From Bacillus subtilis subsp. subtilis str. 168 (lineage in GTDB: Bacteria > Bacillota > Bacilli > Bacillales > Bacillaceae): a stretch of 32,000 nucleotides of DNA. This document shows, one piece after another, positions 20,656-29,613 of this stretch; position 1 is the stretch's first letter; every line of letters starts with the position of its first letter. The notes beneath the pieces were generated by a model. That model saw nothing but the letters and a program-made list of their open reading frames with translations, searched no databases and was not told the origin of the DNA. Made by a program: the position numbers and the translations under genes. Location of the stretch: the NCBI RefSeq assembly GCF_000009045.1, contig NC_000964.3, positions 1,230,001-1,262,000 on the forward strand. The letters are read 5' to 3'.

Positions 20656-21174
20656 CTAGAGGACAAGAGTGATAACTAGGATGGCTACGAGTGTATTTGT
20701 TGCTGTAGAAATAAGGGTTGCGATATCGGCATCTACTGTTGTGACGTTTACGCCGCGGGAACATTCGATGAGAAGTTTTTGGCGGTTTACTTGTTTGTTA
20801 GCTGTAAGCTGTAACAAATCTTGTGCGACTAATTCGGCAATTACGCCGTCTGCAATTGATGTCAGAGTTGCCGTTACGACAGCGGCATTAAGTGCTGTTA
20901 CAACTGATGTTACGGCTTGAACGTCTGTAGATGTAACATTGATGTCACAAGAATCTCTAATAATAATCGTTTCATCTGAAACTTGTTTGTTGAGATTTGC
21001 TTGAGCTAGATCTTGGTCGATGAAGGCGTTGTCGTTGCCAAAAAAACCATTGCCATTACAGCAAACGTCGCAATGACATTTTCTTTCGTGTTTTTCTTTA
21101 TCTTTCTCTTTGTCATCTAACGGATGGTCACAGTCAGGATCAAGTGCAACCCAAGAATATGGTCTGCTTTCCAT
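20656..21174 (-). CDS. cotX: Spore coat protein CotX
   Basis: 172 aa; two copies of a VNVTxxDxxAxxxxxxxxLxAxVVxxxLxxI-type repeat in the C-terminal half. Confidence 0.92.
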   Translation of the reverse strand: MESRPYSWVALDPDCDHPLDDKEKDKEKHERKCHCDVCCNGNGFFGNDNAFIDQDLAQANLNKQVSDETIIIRDSCDINVTSTDVQAVTSVVTALNAAVVTATLTSIADGVIAELVAQDLLQLTANKQVNRQKLLIECSRGVNVTTVDADIATLISTATNTLVAILVITLVL

Positions 21175-21272
21175 ATCTATTCCTCCTTTTCTTTTACTGT
21201 TATTAAATGAGCGAGCCTCTTATTTTGACTGAGTCATATATCCTGATGAAGAACCCTATTTTTTATGATTGG

Positions 21273-21596
<324 letters not shown>

Positions 21597-21630
21597 TCAC
21601 CTCGTCTTTTAAGTTTGTGAAAAGAAAGGG

Positions 21631-22044
<414 letters not shown>

Positions 22045-22176
22045 CTATATAATGCAAATGGGGTGCAGAGCGGAATAATAAAAATAACCAATTTTCTGCC
22101 GGACAAGATACAATTCATGAAGAATAGGGTTTTGGCATATATGTGAAGGGATCATGATTGGCAAAGGAGTGAACGA

Positions 22177-22533
22177 GTGGTTATAAATGGGCTGACAATT
22201 GTTCTTCTATCGCTTGCGGTCTTTCGGCTCGCCCGCCTGCTGGTGTTTGACACGATTATGGCGCCGCTTCGCAGTCTGTTTCATGAAGAGAAGGAAGAAA
22301 AGGATGCGGACGGGAACATTGAAACCTATATCGTGATTAAGGGAACCGGTGTCAGGGCGTTTATTGGTGAATTGCTGAGCTGCTATTGGTGCACAGGCGT
22401 GTGGTGTGCCGGCTTTTTGATTTTATGCCAGGCGGTGATCCCGCAAGCGGCGCAGTGGCTGATTTTACTTTTGGCGATCGCCGGCCTTGCCGGCATTATA
22501 GAAACGCTCGTATCAAAATGGCTGCAAGAATAA
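22177..22533 (+). CDS. yjcA: Small membrane protein YjcA (DUF1360-type)
   Basis: 118 aa, hydrophobic segments plus LLSCYWCTGVWCAG motif. Confidence 0.82.
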   Translation: MVINGLTIVLLSLAVFRLARLLVFDTIMAPLRSLFHEEKEEKDADGNIETYIVIKGTGVRAFIGELLSCYWCTGVWCAGFLILCQAVIPQAAQWLILLLAIAGLAGIIETLVSKWLQE

Positions 22534-22610
22534 GGCGTTACCACCAGCAACTTTCTGTCAGAATACGCATAAAGTAGCATATATGACATAAGGAAAGGAA
22601 GGGGACAAAA

Positions 22611-22727
22611 ATGAATCAGCATCATAAACCTTCCCAAAAATCTCCATATACAGATTCATCGTATCAATCAAAAAAGATAAAAAAGAAAGGCTGCGGGTGC
22701 GGAAATAAAAAGAAAAAGCCTCAATAG
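22611..22727 (+). CDS. 38-aa basic peptide, probable sporulation-associated small protein, function unknown
   Basis: AAGGAAAGGAAGGGG RBS then MNQHHKPSQKSPYTDSSYQSKKIKKKGCGCGNKKKKPQ*, followed by a terminator. Missing from the ORF track. Confidence 0.7.
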   Translation: MNQHHKPSQKSPYTDSSYQSKKIKKKGCGCGNKKKKPQ

Positions 22728-22737
22728 CCTGGCAAAG

Positions 22738-22768
22738 AAACCGGAGAACTCCGGTTTTTTGTTTTTTT
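22738..22768 (+). terminator. Terminator
   Basis: AAACCGGA-GAAC-TCCGGTTTTTTGTTTTTTT. Confidence 0.85.
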
Positions 22769-22814
22769 AACGAGGCGGTCTCGCTCAGCATATATCATAA
22801 GCGGGGGGATAAAA

Positions 22815-23021
22815 GTGAATGAGTTTGAAAAATGGATAGAAGGAAGATATGAACCACATGAACAAAAGCAAAAAGAGCATGAAGACACGATGGGCAGTAT
22901 CAGAAAAGACTTGGATGCATTTGATAAAGCCGGTCTGGAATTTGAAGATGAGATTGAAGAGCTGGCTGAAAAAACGGAGGCCTTACTTAAAAAACATCAA
23001 GCTCAATATGATCAATCGTAA
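22815..23021 (+). CDS. Small acidic/charged protein of unknown function
   Basis: 68 aa MNEFEKWIEGRYEPHEQKQKEHEDTMGSIRKDLDAFDKAGLEFEDEIEELAEKTEALLKKHQAQYDQS, preceded by AAGCGGGGGG. Confidence 0.75.
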   Translation: MNEFEKWIEGRYEPHEQKQKEHEDTMGSIRKDLDAFDKAGLEFEDEIEELAEKTEALLKKHQAQYDQS

Positions 23022-23102
23022 ATCCGCAAACGCCCTATGCGAATATCCAAGCCGATCCCAGCAGCTCACATAGTGTATAGAGAGTAAAGGAGGTGCTTAT
23101 CT

Positions 23103-23252
23103 ATGGGCTTTGGATACGGATTCGGCGGCGGCTACGGCGGCGGCTGTTATGGCGGTTATGCTGGCGGTTACGGCGGCGGCTATGGTTCAACATTTGTTTT
23201 GTTGGTCGTATTATTCATTCTCCTCATCATCGTAGGTGCATCTTTCTTTTAA
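23103..23252 (+). CDS. yjcZ: YjcZ-family small sporulation protein
   Basis: AAAGGAGG RBS; [49 protein letters not shown] (49 aa: Gly-rich N-terminus plus one TM segment). Not in the ORF track. Confidence 0.88.
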   Translation: MGFGYGFGGGYGGGCYGGYAGGYGGGYGSTFVLLVVLFILLIIVGASFF

Positions 23253-23262
23253 GATGTATTGA

Positions 23263-23290
23263 GGAAGTACGGGTTATAACCCGTACTTCC
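23263..23290 (+). terminator. Perfect 28-bp palindrome, likely terminator after yjcZ
   Basis: GGAAGTACGGGTTATAACCCGTACTTCC. Confidence 0.6.
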
Positions 23291-23384
23291 TTGCCTTGTG
23301 TTTATTTTTAAAAATGTTGGAAAAGCACATTGTATTATGTGCATTCATACAATACCGTATTACTCCGCCAAAAGGAGGCGCATT

Positions 23385-23639
23385 ATGGATAATCAATTTT
23401 TTAAGAACATCGAAAAGAAAACAGGTGTGAAGATGCAGGATGTAATGAATCTTGCCGGATCACTCCAAAACGCTAATTTTAAAGATGAAAATACAGTGCG
23501 CAGTGTGATTAACCGCGTAGCGCAGATGGCAAACAGACGCGTGCCAAAAGAATTAGAAGATAAAATTGTGGAATCTATTACAAGCGGAAAAGAAAAGCTT
23601 GATTTTGGCACGATTTCTAAAATGATGGATAATAAATAA
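23385..23639 (+). CDS. spoVIF: Sporulation-specific protein SpoVIF (YjcC)
   Basis: AAAAGGAGG RBS then MDNQFFKNIEKKTGVKMQDVMNLAGSLQNANFKDENTVRSVINRVAQMANRRVPKELEDKIVESITSGKEKLDFGTISKMMDNK. Confidence 0.85.
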   Translation: MDNQFFKNIEKKTGVKMQDVMNLAGSLQNANFKDENTVRSVINRVAQMANRRVPKELEDKIVESITSGKEKLDFGTISKMMDNK

Positions 23640-23681
23640 GTGGATGGCCTGGCTGACTCACTGCAGCGGGCCTTTTTTTAC

Positions 23682-23710
23682 AGTAAAAACCCGGCAGTAA
23701 TCTGCCGGGC
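23682..23710 (-). terminator. Terminator of yjcD
   Basis: Minus-strand CCCGGCAG-ATTA-CTGCCGGGTTTTTACTG. Confidence 0.8.
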
Positions 23711-23712
23711 TG

Positions 23713-25992
23713 TTAATGATGCAAGGGCTGTCTTGCTTTCTGTAGCAGGGGATACAAAAATCTTGAGCGGTTGGCTGTTTTGCCGCGCCTGTTAGCAGGG
23801 CAAGACAAATATAAATGCTGTTTCGCCCGGGTCATGGCTACATATAAAAGGCGTCTTTCCTCCTCAAGAGCGGCCTCGTCTCCTTTTCTTGCCGTTTCTA
23901 ATGAGAAATCGTGCGGAATCGAGCCATCTACAGTGCCTAACACGTAGACTGTTTTGAATTCAAGGCCTTTTGACCGGTGAATGGTCATCAGCTGAACGCC
24001 ATGTTCATCCGTTCTGTTTTTCTCAGCGGCCCTCATATGGTCTACGTGGGCAAGAAAGTCAGGAATCGTTTTGAACTTCTTGGCGACAACCTTGATGTCG
24101 CGCAGGTCATCAGAGCCTTTTTCCAGCTTGTTGCCCTCATTGCCCCGCTTTTTTAAATACTCGGAGAAGCCCATTTTTCCTTCTGCAAAGGTGATGGCTT
24201 CTACGGGTTTCATTGTGCGGAGGCTTGCAAAAAACGGTACGATTTTCTTGATTTTGTCCAGCTGGAATGGCTTCAGATCAGGCAATTTGGCCAGCGCTTT
24301 GATCATGGTACAGTCCTCTGTAATCGAGAGCGCCTTCAGCGTATTCAAAGCGGACTGTTTTAAAAACAAGGCGGGAAGCAAGTGTTTAATCGCCTCGGTG
24401 TCATCCTCATTTTGGCTGGCGTACAAGTAGGCGAGAATCTGGCGGACGATCCGTCTGCTGTAAAACGATTGGACGCCGCGGTCAGCTGTATACGGAATTG
24501 ACGATTGATGAAGCCTTTCATATATAGCACGGCCTCCGCTGTTTGTGCGGTAAAGAACCGCAAAGTCTTCTGGACTGGCTCCATTTTGAATTTTTTCTTT
24601 GATATCGGAAACGACCATTGTGGCTTCTTCCTCTTCATCATAAGGATAAAACAGCACAGGGACCTGAATGTCATCGCGGGCCGCTTCAAGCGTTTTGGCA
24701 TATCTGTTTTTGTTCTTTTTCACAACGATATCAGCACTAGAGACGATCGGGTGCGTAGACCTGTAGTTCGCAGTTAAATAGATCGTCTTCGCTCCCGGAT
24801 AATCCTTTTGAAAATCAAGAATGAAAGACGGATTGCTTCCGCGAAACGCGTAGATGGACTGGTCATCGTCTCCGACACAGCACAGGTTTTGCTCCGGGCT
24901 GGCGAGCATTTGCATGATTTTGTATTGAACCGGATTAATGTCCTGAAACTCATCAATTAAGATATACGTAAACCGAGATTGATATTGTTCCAGAAGGTCA
25001 GGCCGCTCGATAAACAATTCATAGCAGGCTGAAGCCATGTCATCAAAATCAAATTGGCTGTGTTCTTTTTTCTGGCGTTCATAATGTTCATATAAACGAT
25101 AAACTTGTTTTTCCCACTCATCTTTTAGAGGGATGCGTTCATTTGGGACATAAGTGTTTTTCCAAAAACCGATCTGCTGCAGGGCTTGGTCAACTGGGGA
25201 TTCTTTCTCATCGATGCCTTCTTCATAGAGTGCTTTTTTGATATATTGTTCCCGCTGCCACTCCATTTTCAGCAGATGCTCACCGTTCCATTTAGCAGAA
25301 TTAGAGTGATACAAGATCTTATAAAACAGACTGTGGAATGTTCCTGTCACAATTCTTCTGACTTTTGCCGGCTGTAATCCGTACTGGTTCGCCATACGCT
25401 CTTTCATTTCAGCGACAGCTTTTGTTGTAAAGGTGACAAGCAGCATATTTTCAGGCGGTATGCCTAAGTGTTCGATCATGTGGGCGGCACGGGCTGTCAG
25501 TACCCGTGTTTTTCCGCTCCCCGCACCTGCAAGCACGAGGAGCGGGCCCTCTGTTTCCGTGACAGCTTTCAGCTGATCCGTGTTTAAACCGACAGACGGA
25601 AAAAGGCTCGTATCGGGTTCTATTGTTTTTGGCACAAATGGTGTTCCTGGTTTAATGCTTCTAGGACGGTGCCATTCTGTAACAGCTGGGGACGGGTCAG
25701 CGGCGATCGCTTTTCCCTTGGGTAAACGAATGACACCAGATTCCTGATCATCTTCTTTTTTCCCCTCTTTAGAGGGCTTCGGTTCGCACGCCTCCTCACA
25801 TGCCGGAAAATCGCCTGGCTGGCGATGGATAAACTCTGGCGGATCGGCGATGTTAAGCCGTAACAAAACGGGCTTTCCGCAATGAGAACAAAATAAATGT
25901 CCTTTTATTCCCTCTTCAAAGAGGAATTGATAATGTTCTCTCGAATATGTATGTAAATGTATGATTCTATCATTCAGTCGGGCGCATTTCAA
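23713..25992 (-). CDS. yjcD: UvrD/Rep-like SF1A DNA helicase YjcD
   Basis: 759 aa; Walker A VLAGAGSGKTRVL, DEFQDINPVQ, GDDDQSIYAFRG, LTANYRST, LMTIHRSKGLEFKTVY, RRLLYVAMTRAK. Confidence 0.94.
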   Translation of the reverse strand: MKCARLNDRIIHLHTYSREHYQFLFEEGIKGHLFCSHCGKPVLLRLNIADPPEFIHRQPGDFPACEEACEPKPSKEGKKEDDQESGVIRLPKGKAIAADPSPAVTEWHRPRSIKPGTPFVPKTIEPDTSLFPSVGLNTDQLKAVTETEGPLLVLAGAGSGKTRVLTARAAHMIEHLGIPPENMLLVTFTTKAVAEMKERMANQYGLQPAKVRRIVTGTFHSLFYKILYHSNSAKWNGEHLLKMEWQREQYIKKALYEEGIDEKESPVDQALQQIGFWKNTYVPNERIPLKDEWEKQVYRLYEHYERQKKEHSQFDFDDMASACYELFIERPDLLEQYQSRFTYILIDEFQDINPVQYKIMQMLASPEQNLCCVGDDDQSIYAFRGSNPSFILDFQKDYPGAKTIYLTANYRSTHPIVSSADIVVKKNKNRYAKTLEAARDDIQVPVLFYPYDEEEEATMVVSDIKEKIQNGASPEDFAVLYRTNSGGRAIYERLHQSSIPYTADRGVQSFYSRRIVRQILAYLYASQNEDDTEAIKHLLPALFLKQSALNTLKALSITEDCTMIKALAKLPDLKPFQLDKIKKIVPFFASLRTMKPVEAITFAEGKMGFSEYLKKRGNEGNKLEKGSDDLRDIKVVAKKFKTIPDFLAHVDHMRAAEKNRTDEHGVQLMTIHRSKGLEFKTVYVLGTVDGSIPHDFSLETARKGDEAALEEERRLLYVAMTRAKQHLYLSCPANRRGKTANRSRFLYPLLQKARQPLHH

Positions 25993-26108
25993 AAAGGGGT
26001 CCTCCCAATCAAAAGGTGTTCATTACAGACAATGACTATCATATCAAAAGAAATGTGTTTCAAAAAGTAAGTTTAAGGGAAAAGAGACAGCAGAGGGGTG
26101 GGTATTGT

Positions 26109-26363
26109 ATGATATATGCAGGTCAAATTCAGAACCAGCAATACGCTCAATATGCTAATAGAACGATTGGACATAAGCAGGATTATGCCGGAACCGAAAA
26201 AATCAGCTATGTCCCGTTTCAGCGGGTATACAAAGAACTGGAAAAGCAGCAGGAGAATCAAACGGCAGCTGAAAGAAAAGTAAACGAGATGAAACGTAAG
26301 CGCTCTCTTTATAAGAGATTGCGAGAAAAAGGAATGGGGACATATATTAATCGATATGTATAA
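26109..26363 (+). CDS. Small basic protein of unknown function (84 aa)
   Basis: MIYAGQIQNQQYAQYANRTIGHKQDYAGTEKISYVPFQRVYKELEKQQENQTAAERKVNEMKRKRSLYKRLREKGMGTYINRYV after AGAGGGGTGGG; the ORF-track start at 26016 lies upstream of this RBS. Confidence 0.7.
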   Translation: MIYAGQIQNQQYAQYANRTIGHKQDYAGTEKISYVPFQRVYKELEKQQENQTAAERKVNEMKRKRSLYKRLREKGMGTYINRYV

Positions 26364-26393
26364 AAAACCGTTCATACCAGAGAACGGTTTTTT
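26364..26393. terminator. Terminator (bidirectional-looking)
   Basis: AAAAAACCGTTC...GAACGGTTTTTTT. Confidence 0.8.
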
Positions 26394-26403
26394 TATATGC
26401 AGT

Positions 26404-26431
26404 AAAAATCCGGATCTCAAAAGATCCGGAT
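26404..26431 (-). terminator. Terminator of yjcF/yjcG unit
   Basis: Minus-strand ATCCGGATCT-TTTG-AGATCCGGATTTTTA. Confidence 0.8.
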
Positions 26432-26435
26432 GCGT

Positions 26436-26858
26436 TCAGTCCTTCATCATTTGTAAGTGCGGAATGCCGGCATCGAGGAATTCTTTTTCAGAAAGCACGC
26501 GATACCCGTGTTTCTTGTAAAACGGCACAGCCTGTGTTTGCGCGTTTAAAATGAAACCGGAAGCGCCTCCGTCTGCCGCGGCTTTTTCGAGCGCTTTCAT
26601 AATGATGCCGCCGACACCGGCTGAGCGGTGGCTTTTCAGTACGCAAATCCGCTCTAACTTGCCGTAGCCGTCCTTCATGCGCCATCTTCCGGCACCGACA
26701 GGCTTTTCACCGTCATACACGACGATATGCTCTGACTCATTTTCAAGTTCGTCAATTTCTTCTTCAGCAGGCACGTTTTGTTCTTTGACAAAGACTTCTT
26801 CTCTTACATAGAATGCATCTTTCAGTTGTTCTTCATTTTTTGCGATAACTGCTTTCAA
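26436..26858 (-). CDS. yjcF: GNAT-family N-acetyltransferase YjcF
   Basis: RICVLKSHRSAGVGGIIMKALEKAA (acetyl-CoA binding motif), FYKKHGYRV. Confidence 0.9.
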   Translation of the reverse strand: MKAVIAKNEEQLKDAFYVREEVFVKEQNVPAEEEIDELENESEHIVVYDGEKPVGAGRWRMKDGYGKLERICVLKSHRSAGVGGIIMKALEKAAADGGASGFILNAQTQAVPFYKKHGYRVLSEKEFLDAGIPHLQMMKD

Positions 26859-26861
26859 ACA

Positions 26862-27377
26862 TTATTCTCCTCTGCCTAGCAAGAAGGTTTCATATACTGT
26901 CCACGATCCGTTTTCCAACTGGTAGAGCAAGTGGAAACGGTCAACGATTTCTTCATGCGACACTTCCTGCATTTTTAATTGTCCCAGCACATCTGAATGC
27001 TCATCGTCGGAAAGATTTTGGCCGACCGTCACATGCGGAACGAAATTATATTCCTGTTCTCCTGCCAACACACCGGTGTATAGCTTTTCATTGAGTGTTT
27101 TTAACTCTTCCGTCGGTTCTGCTTTGATGTAAATGACATTATTGACAGGCGCAAATGAGCTGTATTTTGTCATTTTGAGAACGAGTGGGTGGGACTCTTT
27201 TGCGATGTTTCTTAAATGTGATACGAGCTGATCCGCTTTCTCCTCCGCGCATTCAAAGGATGCTCTCAGCGTCAAATGAGGCGGGATTAGAGAGTAGCTT
27301 GGGTCATAGCGCTTTCTGTAAGAGTTTGCAAGGTCTTGGAGCTTTTTTGATGGAAATAAAACGATTCCGTATTTCAT
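26862..27377 (-). CDS. yjcG: 2H phosphoesterase / 2'-5' RNA ligase-like protein YjcG
   Basis: Two HxT/HxTV motifs: [10 protein letters not shown] and [11 protein letters not shown]. Confidence 0.9.
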
Positions 27378-27413
27378 ATTATGTCCCTCCTGGAAATAAA
27401 GTATGATAGAGTG

Positions 27414-28136
27414 TTAAAGCATTTTTTTCAGCGCCGGGGTGATGAGCGGCTGCCAGTATGTCCATTTGTGGTCTCCGTCAAATGGCTCGAAATCATAATC
27501 GGAAAGCTTTTTCTCCAGCAGCTGTTTCAGCTCCCGGTTCGGTTCTGTAAAGTCCAGAATGTTCCCGTCTGTCGTGTGGACGTCAGTTTCTTTTGTTCCG
27601 ATTTGGTGATAAATAGAGAGGTGTTTGATATCGTCTGACTGTTTTACGGCTTCTAGTACGTGTTTGTCAACATAGGGAGACTGCATGATGATGTTGCCAA
27701 ACATATTCGGATAATCAAGCGCTGTCATAAGTGACACGGTTGCTCCGAGCGAATCACCGATCAGCGTTCGGCCGTAACCGATCTGATAGGTTGGATACTC
27801 ATCATCTGCAAAAGGAACGAGCTCATGGGCGATGAACCGTTTATAAGCCGAAAATTTTGAACCCTCCGGATGATAAGTGTTTCTGCGCTCTTTTACATCC
27901 TTATAGGGAACACCGATAATAATGCTCCGGTCTATTTCGCGTTTCGACAGCAATTCCTCAACCTGTCTGCCGATTCTCCCCAGCCTGAAATAATCGTGGC
28001 CGTCCTGCGCGATAATGACATGGTATTTATAAAGCGGGGAGTAGTTGGACGGCAGATAAACAAGCAAGGTCATTTCCTCGTTAAGCTCTTTTGAAAAGAA
28101 TTTCTTTTCTTGCACTGTGCCGTTTTTCGGTGCCAT
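27414..28136 (-). CDS. yjcH: Esterase-family alpha/beta hydrolase YjcH
   Basis: GDSLGATVSLMTALDYP nucleophile elbow; from ATG 28136 preceded by CTGGAGGAATG (240 aa). ORF track starts 15 codons upstream. Confidence 0.88.
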   Translation of the reverse strand: MAPKNGTVQEKKFFSKELNEEMTLLVYLPSNYSPLYKYHVIIAQDGHDYFRLGRIGRQVEELLSKREIDRSIIIGVPYKDVKERRNTYHPEGSKFSAYKRFIAHELVPFADDEYPTYQIGYGRTLIGDSLGATVSLMTALDYPNMFGNIIMQSPYVDKHVLEAVKQSDDIKHLSIYHQIGTKETDVHTTDGNILDFTEPNRELKQLLEKKLSDYDFEPFDGDHKWTYWQPLITPALKKML

Positions 28137-28246
28137 AAAAACATTCCTCCAGGACATCACTATACTTTCTTGCATTTTCAATTATTGTACCATGAATTAT
28201 TAGAAATTTCTCTCTTTAAACGGTTCGGCACACGAAGAAAAAAGTG

Positions 28247-28275
28247 TTGAAATAAACTGTGAATTGCGCTAATAT
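28247..28275 (+). promoter_or_regulatory. Promoter of metI-metC
   Basis: TTGAAA (28247-28252), 17-nt spacer, TAATAT (28270-28275). Confidence 0.75.
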
Positions 28276-28303
28276 AAAACAATCAGAAAATTGAAATCGA
28301 TAT

Positions 28304-28424
28304 TTCTTATCGTGAGAGGTGGAGGGACTGGCCCTTAGAAACCTCAGCAACCGGCTTGTTTTGCATTTGCAAAGCGCCAAGGTGCTAAATCCAGCAAGCG
28401 TTTTTTATGCTTGGAAGATAAGAA
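28304..28424 (+). promoter_or_regulatory. SAM-I riboswitch (S-box)
   Basis: TTCTTATCGTGAGAGGTGGAGGGACTGGCCCTTAGAAACCTCAGCAACCGG...CAAGGTGCTAAATCCAGCAAGCG...GGAAGATAAGAA. Confidence 0.97.
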
Positions 28425-28433
28425 GAAGCGTTA

Positions 28434-28468
28434 AACCCCTTCTTCTTATGAAGAAGGGGTTTTTATTT
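28434..28468 (+). terminator. S-box-controlled terminator
   Basis: AACCCCTTCTTC-TTAT-GAAGAAGGGGTTTTTATTTT. Confidence 0.9.
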
Positions 28469-28491
28469 TGAAAAGGGAAGGTGTCAGCTAT

Positions 28492-29613
28492 ATGTCACAG
28501 CACGTTGAAACGAAATTAGCTCAAATTGGGAACCGTAGCGATGAAGTCACGGGAACAGTGAGTGCTCCTATCTATTTATCAACAGCATACCGCCACAGAG
28601 GGATCGGAGAATCTACCGGATTTGATTATGTCCGCACAAAAAATCCGACACGCCAGCTTGTTGAGGACGCGATCGCTAACTTAGAAAACGGCGCGAGAGG
28701 GCTTGCCTTTAGTTCGGGAATGGCTGCTATCCAAACGATTATGGCGCTGTTTAAAAGCGGAGATGAACTGATCGTTTCATCGGACCTATATGGCGGCACG
28801 TACCGTTTATTTGAAAATGAATGGAAAAAATACGGATTGACTTTTCATTATGATGATTTCAGCGATGAGGACTGTTTACGCTCTAAGATTACGCCGAATA
28901 CAAAAGCGGTGTTTGTGGAAACGCCGACAAACCCCCTCATGCAGGAGGCGGACATTGAACATATTGCCCGGATTACAAAGGAGCACGGTCTTCTGCTGAT
29001 CGTAGATAATACATTTTATACACCGGTCTTGCAGCGGCCGCTTGAGCTGGGAGCTGACATTGTCATTCACAGCGCAACCAAGTATTTAGGCGGGCATAAC
29101 GATCTGCTTGCTGGACTTGTCGTGGTGAAGGATGAGCGGCTCGGAGAGGAAATGTTTCAGCATCAAAATGCAATCGGCGCCGTCCTGCCGCCATTTGATT
29201 CGTGGCTTCTGATGAGAGGAATGAAGACGCTGAGCCTCAGAATGCGCCAGCATCAGGCAAACGCGCAGGAGCTTGCGGCGTTTTTAGAAGAGCAGGAAGA
29301 AATTTCGGATGTGCTGTATCCCGGAAAAGGCGGCATGCTGTCCTTCCGTCTGCAAAAAGAAGAATGGGTCAATCCGTTTTTAAAAGCACTGAAGACCATT
29401 TGTTTTGCAGAAAGCCTCGGCGGGGTGGAAAGCTTTATTACATACCCTGCGACCCAGACGCACATGGATATTCCTGAAGAGATCCGCATCGCAAACGGGG
29501 TGTGCAATCGGTTGCTGCGCTTTTCTGTCGGTATTGAACATGCGGAAGATTTAAAAGAGGATCTAAAACAGGCATTATGTCAGGTCAAAGAGGGAGCTGT
29601 TTCATTTGAGTAA
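28492..29613 (+). CDS. metI: MetI, cystathionine gamma-synthase / O-acylhomoserine sulfhydrylase
   Basis: Cys/Met metabolism PLP family: FGFDYVRTKNPTR..., SATKYLGGHNDLLAG. ATG 28492 (373 aa) rather than 28468. Confidence 0.95.
   Translation: MSQHVETKLAQIGNRSDEVTGTVSAPIYLSTAYRHRGIGESTGFDYVRTKNPTRQLVEDAIANLENGARGLAFSSGMAAIQTIMALFKSGDELIVSSDLYGGTYRLFENEWKKYGLTFHYDDFSDEDCLRSKITPNTKAVFVETPTNPLMQEADIEHIARITKEHGLLLIVDNTFYTPVLQRPLELGADIVIHSATKYLGGHNDLLAGLVVVKDERLGEEMFQHQNAIGAVLPPFDSWLLMRGMKTLSLRMRQHQANAQELAAFLEEQEEISDVLYPGKGGMLSFRLQKEEWVNPFLKALKTICFAESLGGVESFITYPATQTHMDIPEEIRIANGVCNRLLRFSVGIEHAEDLKEDLKQALCQVKEGAVSFE

Noticed and set aside
23103-23200. Apparent tandem GGCGG(C/T)TACGG repeat DNA
   Set aside because: It is explained by the Gly/Tyr-rich coding sequence of yjcZ, not a CRISPR or intergenic repeat array.
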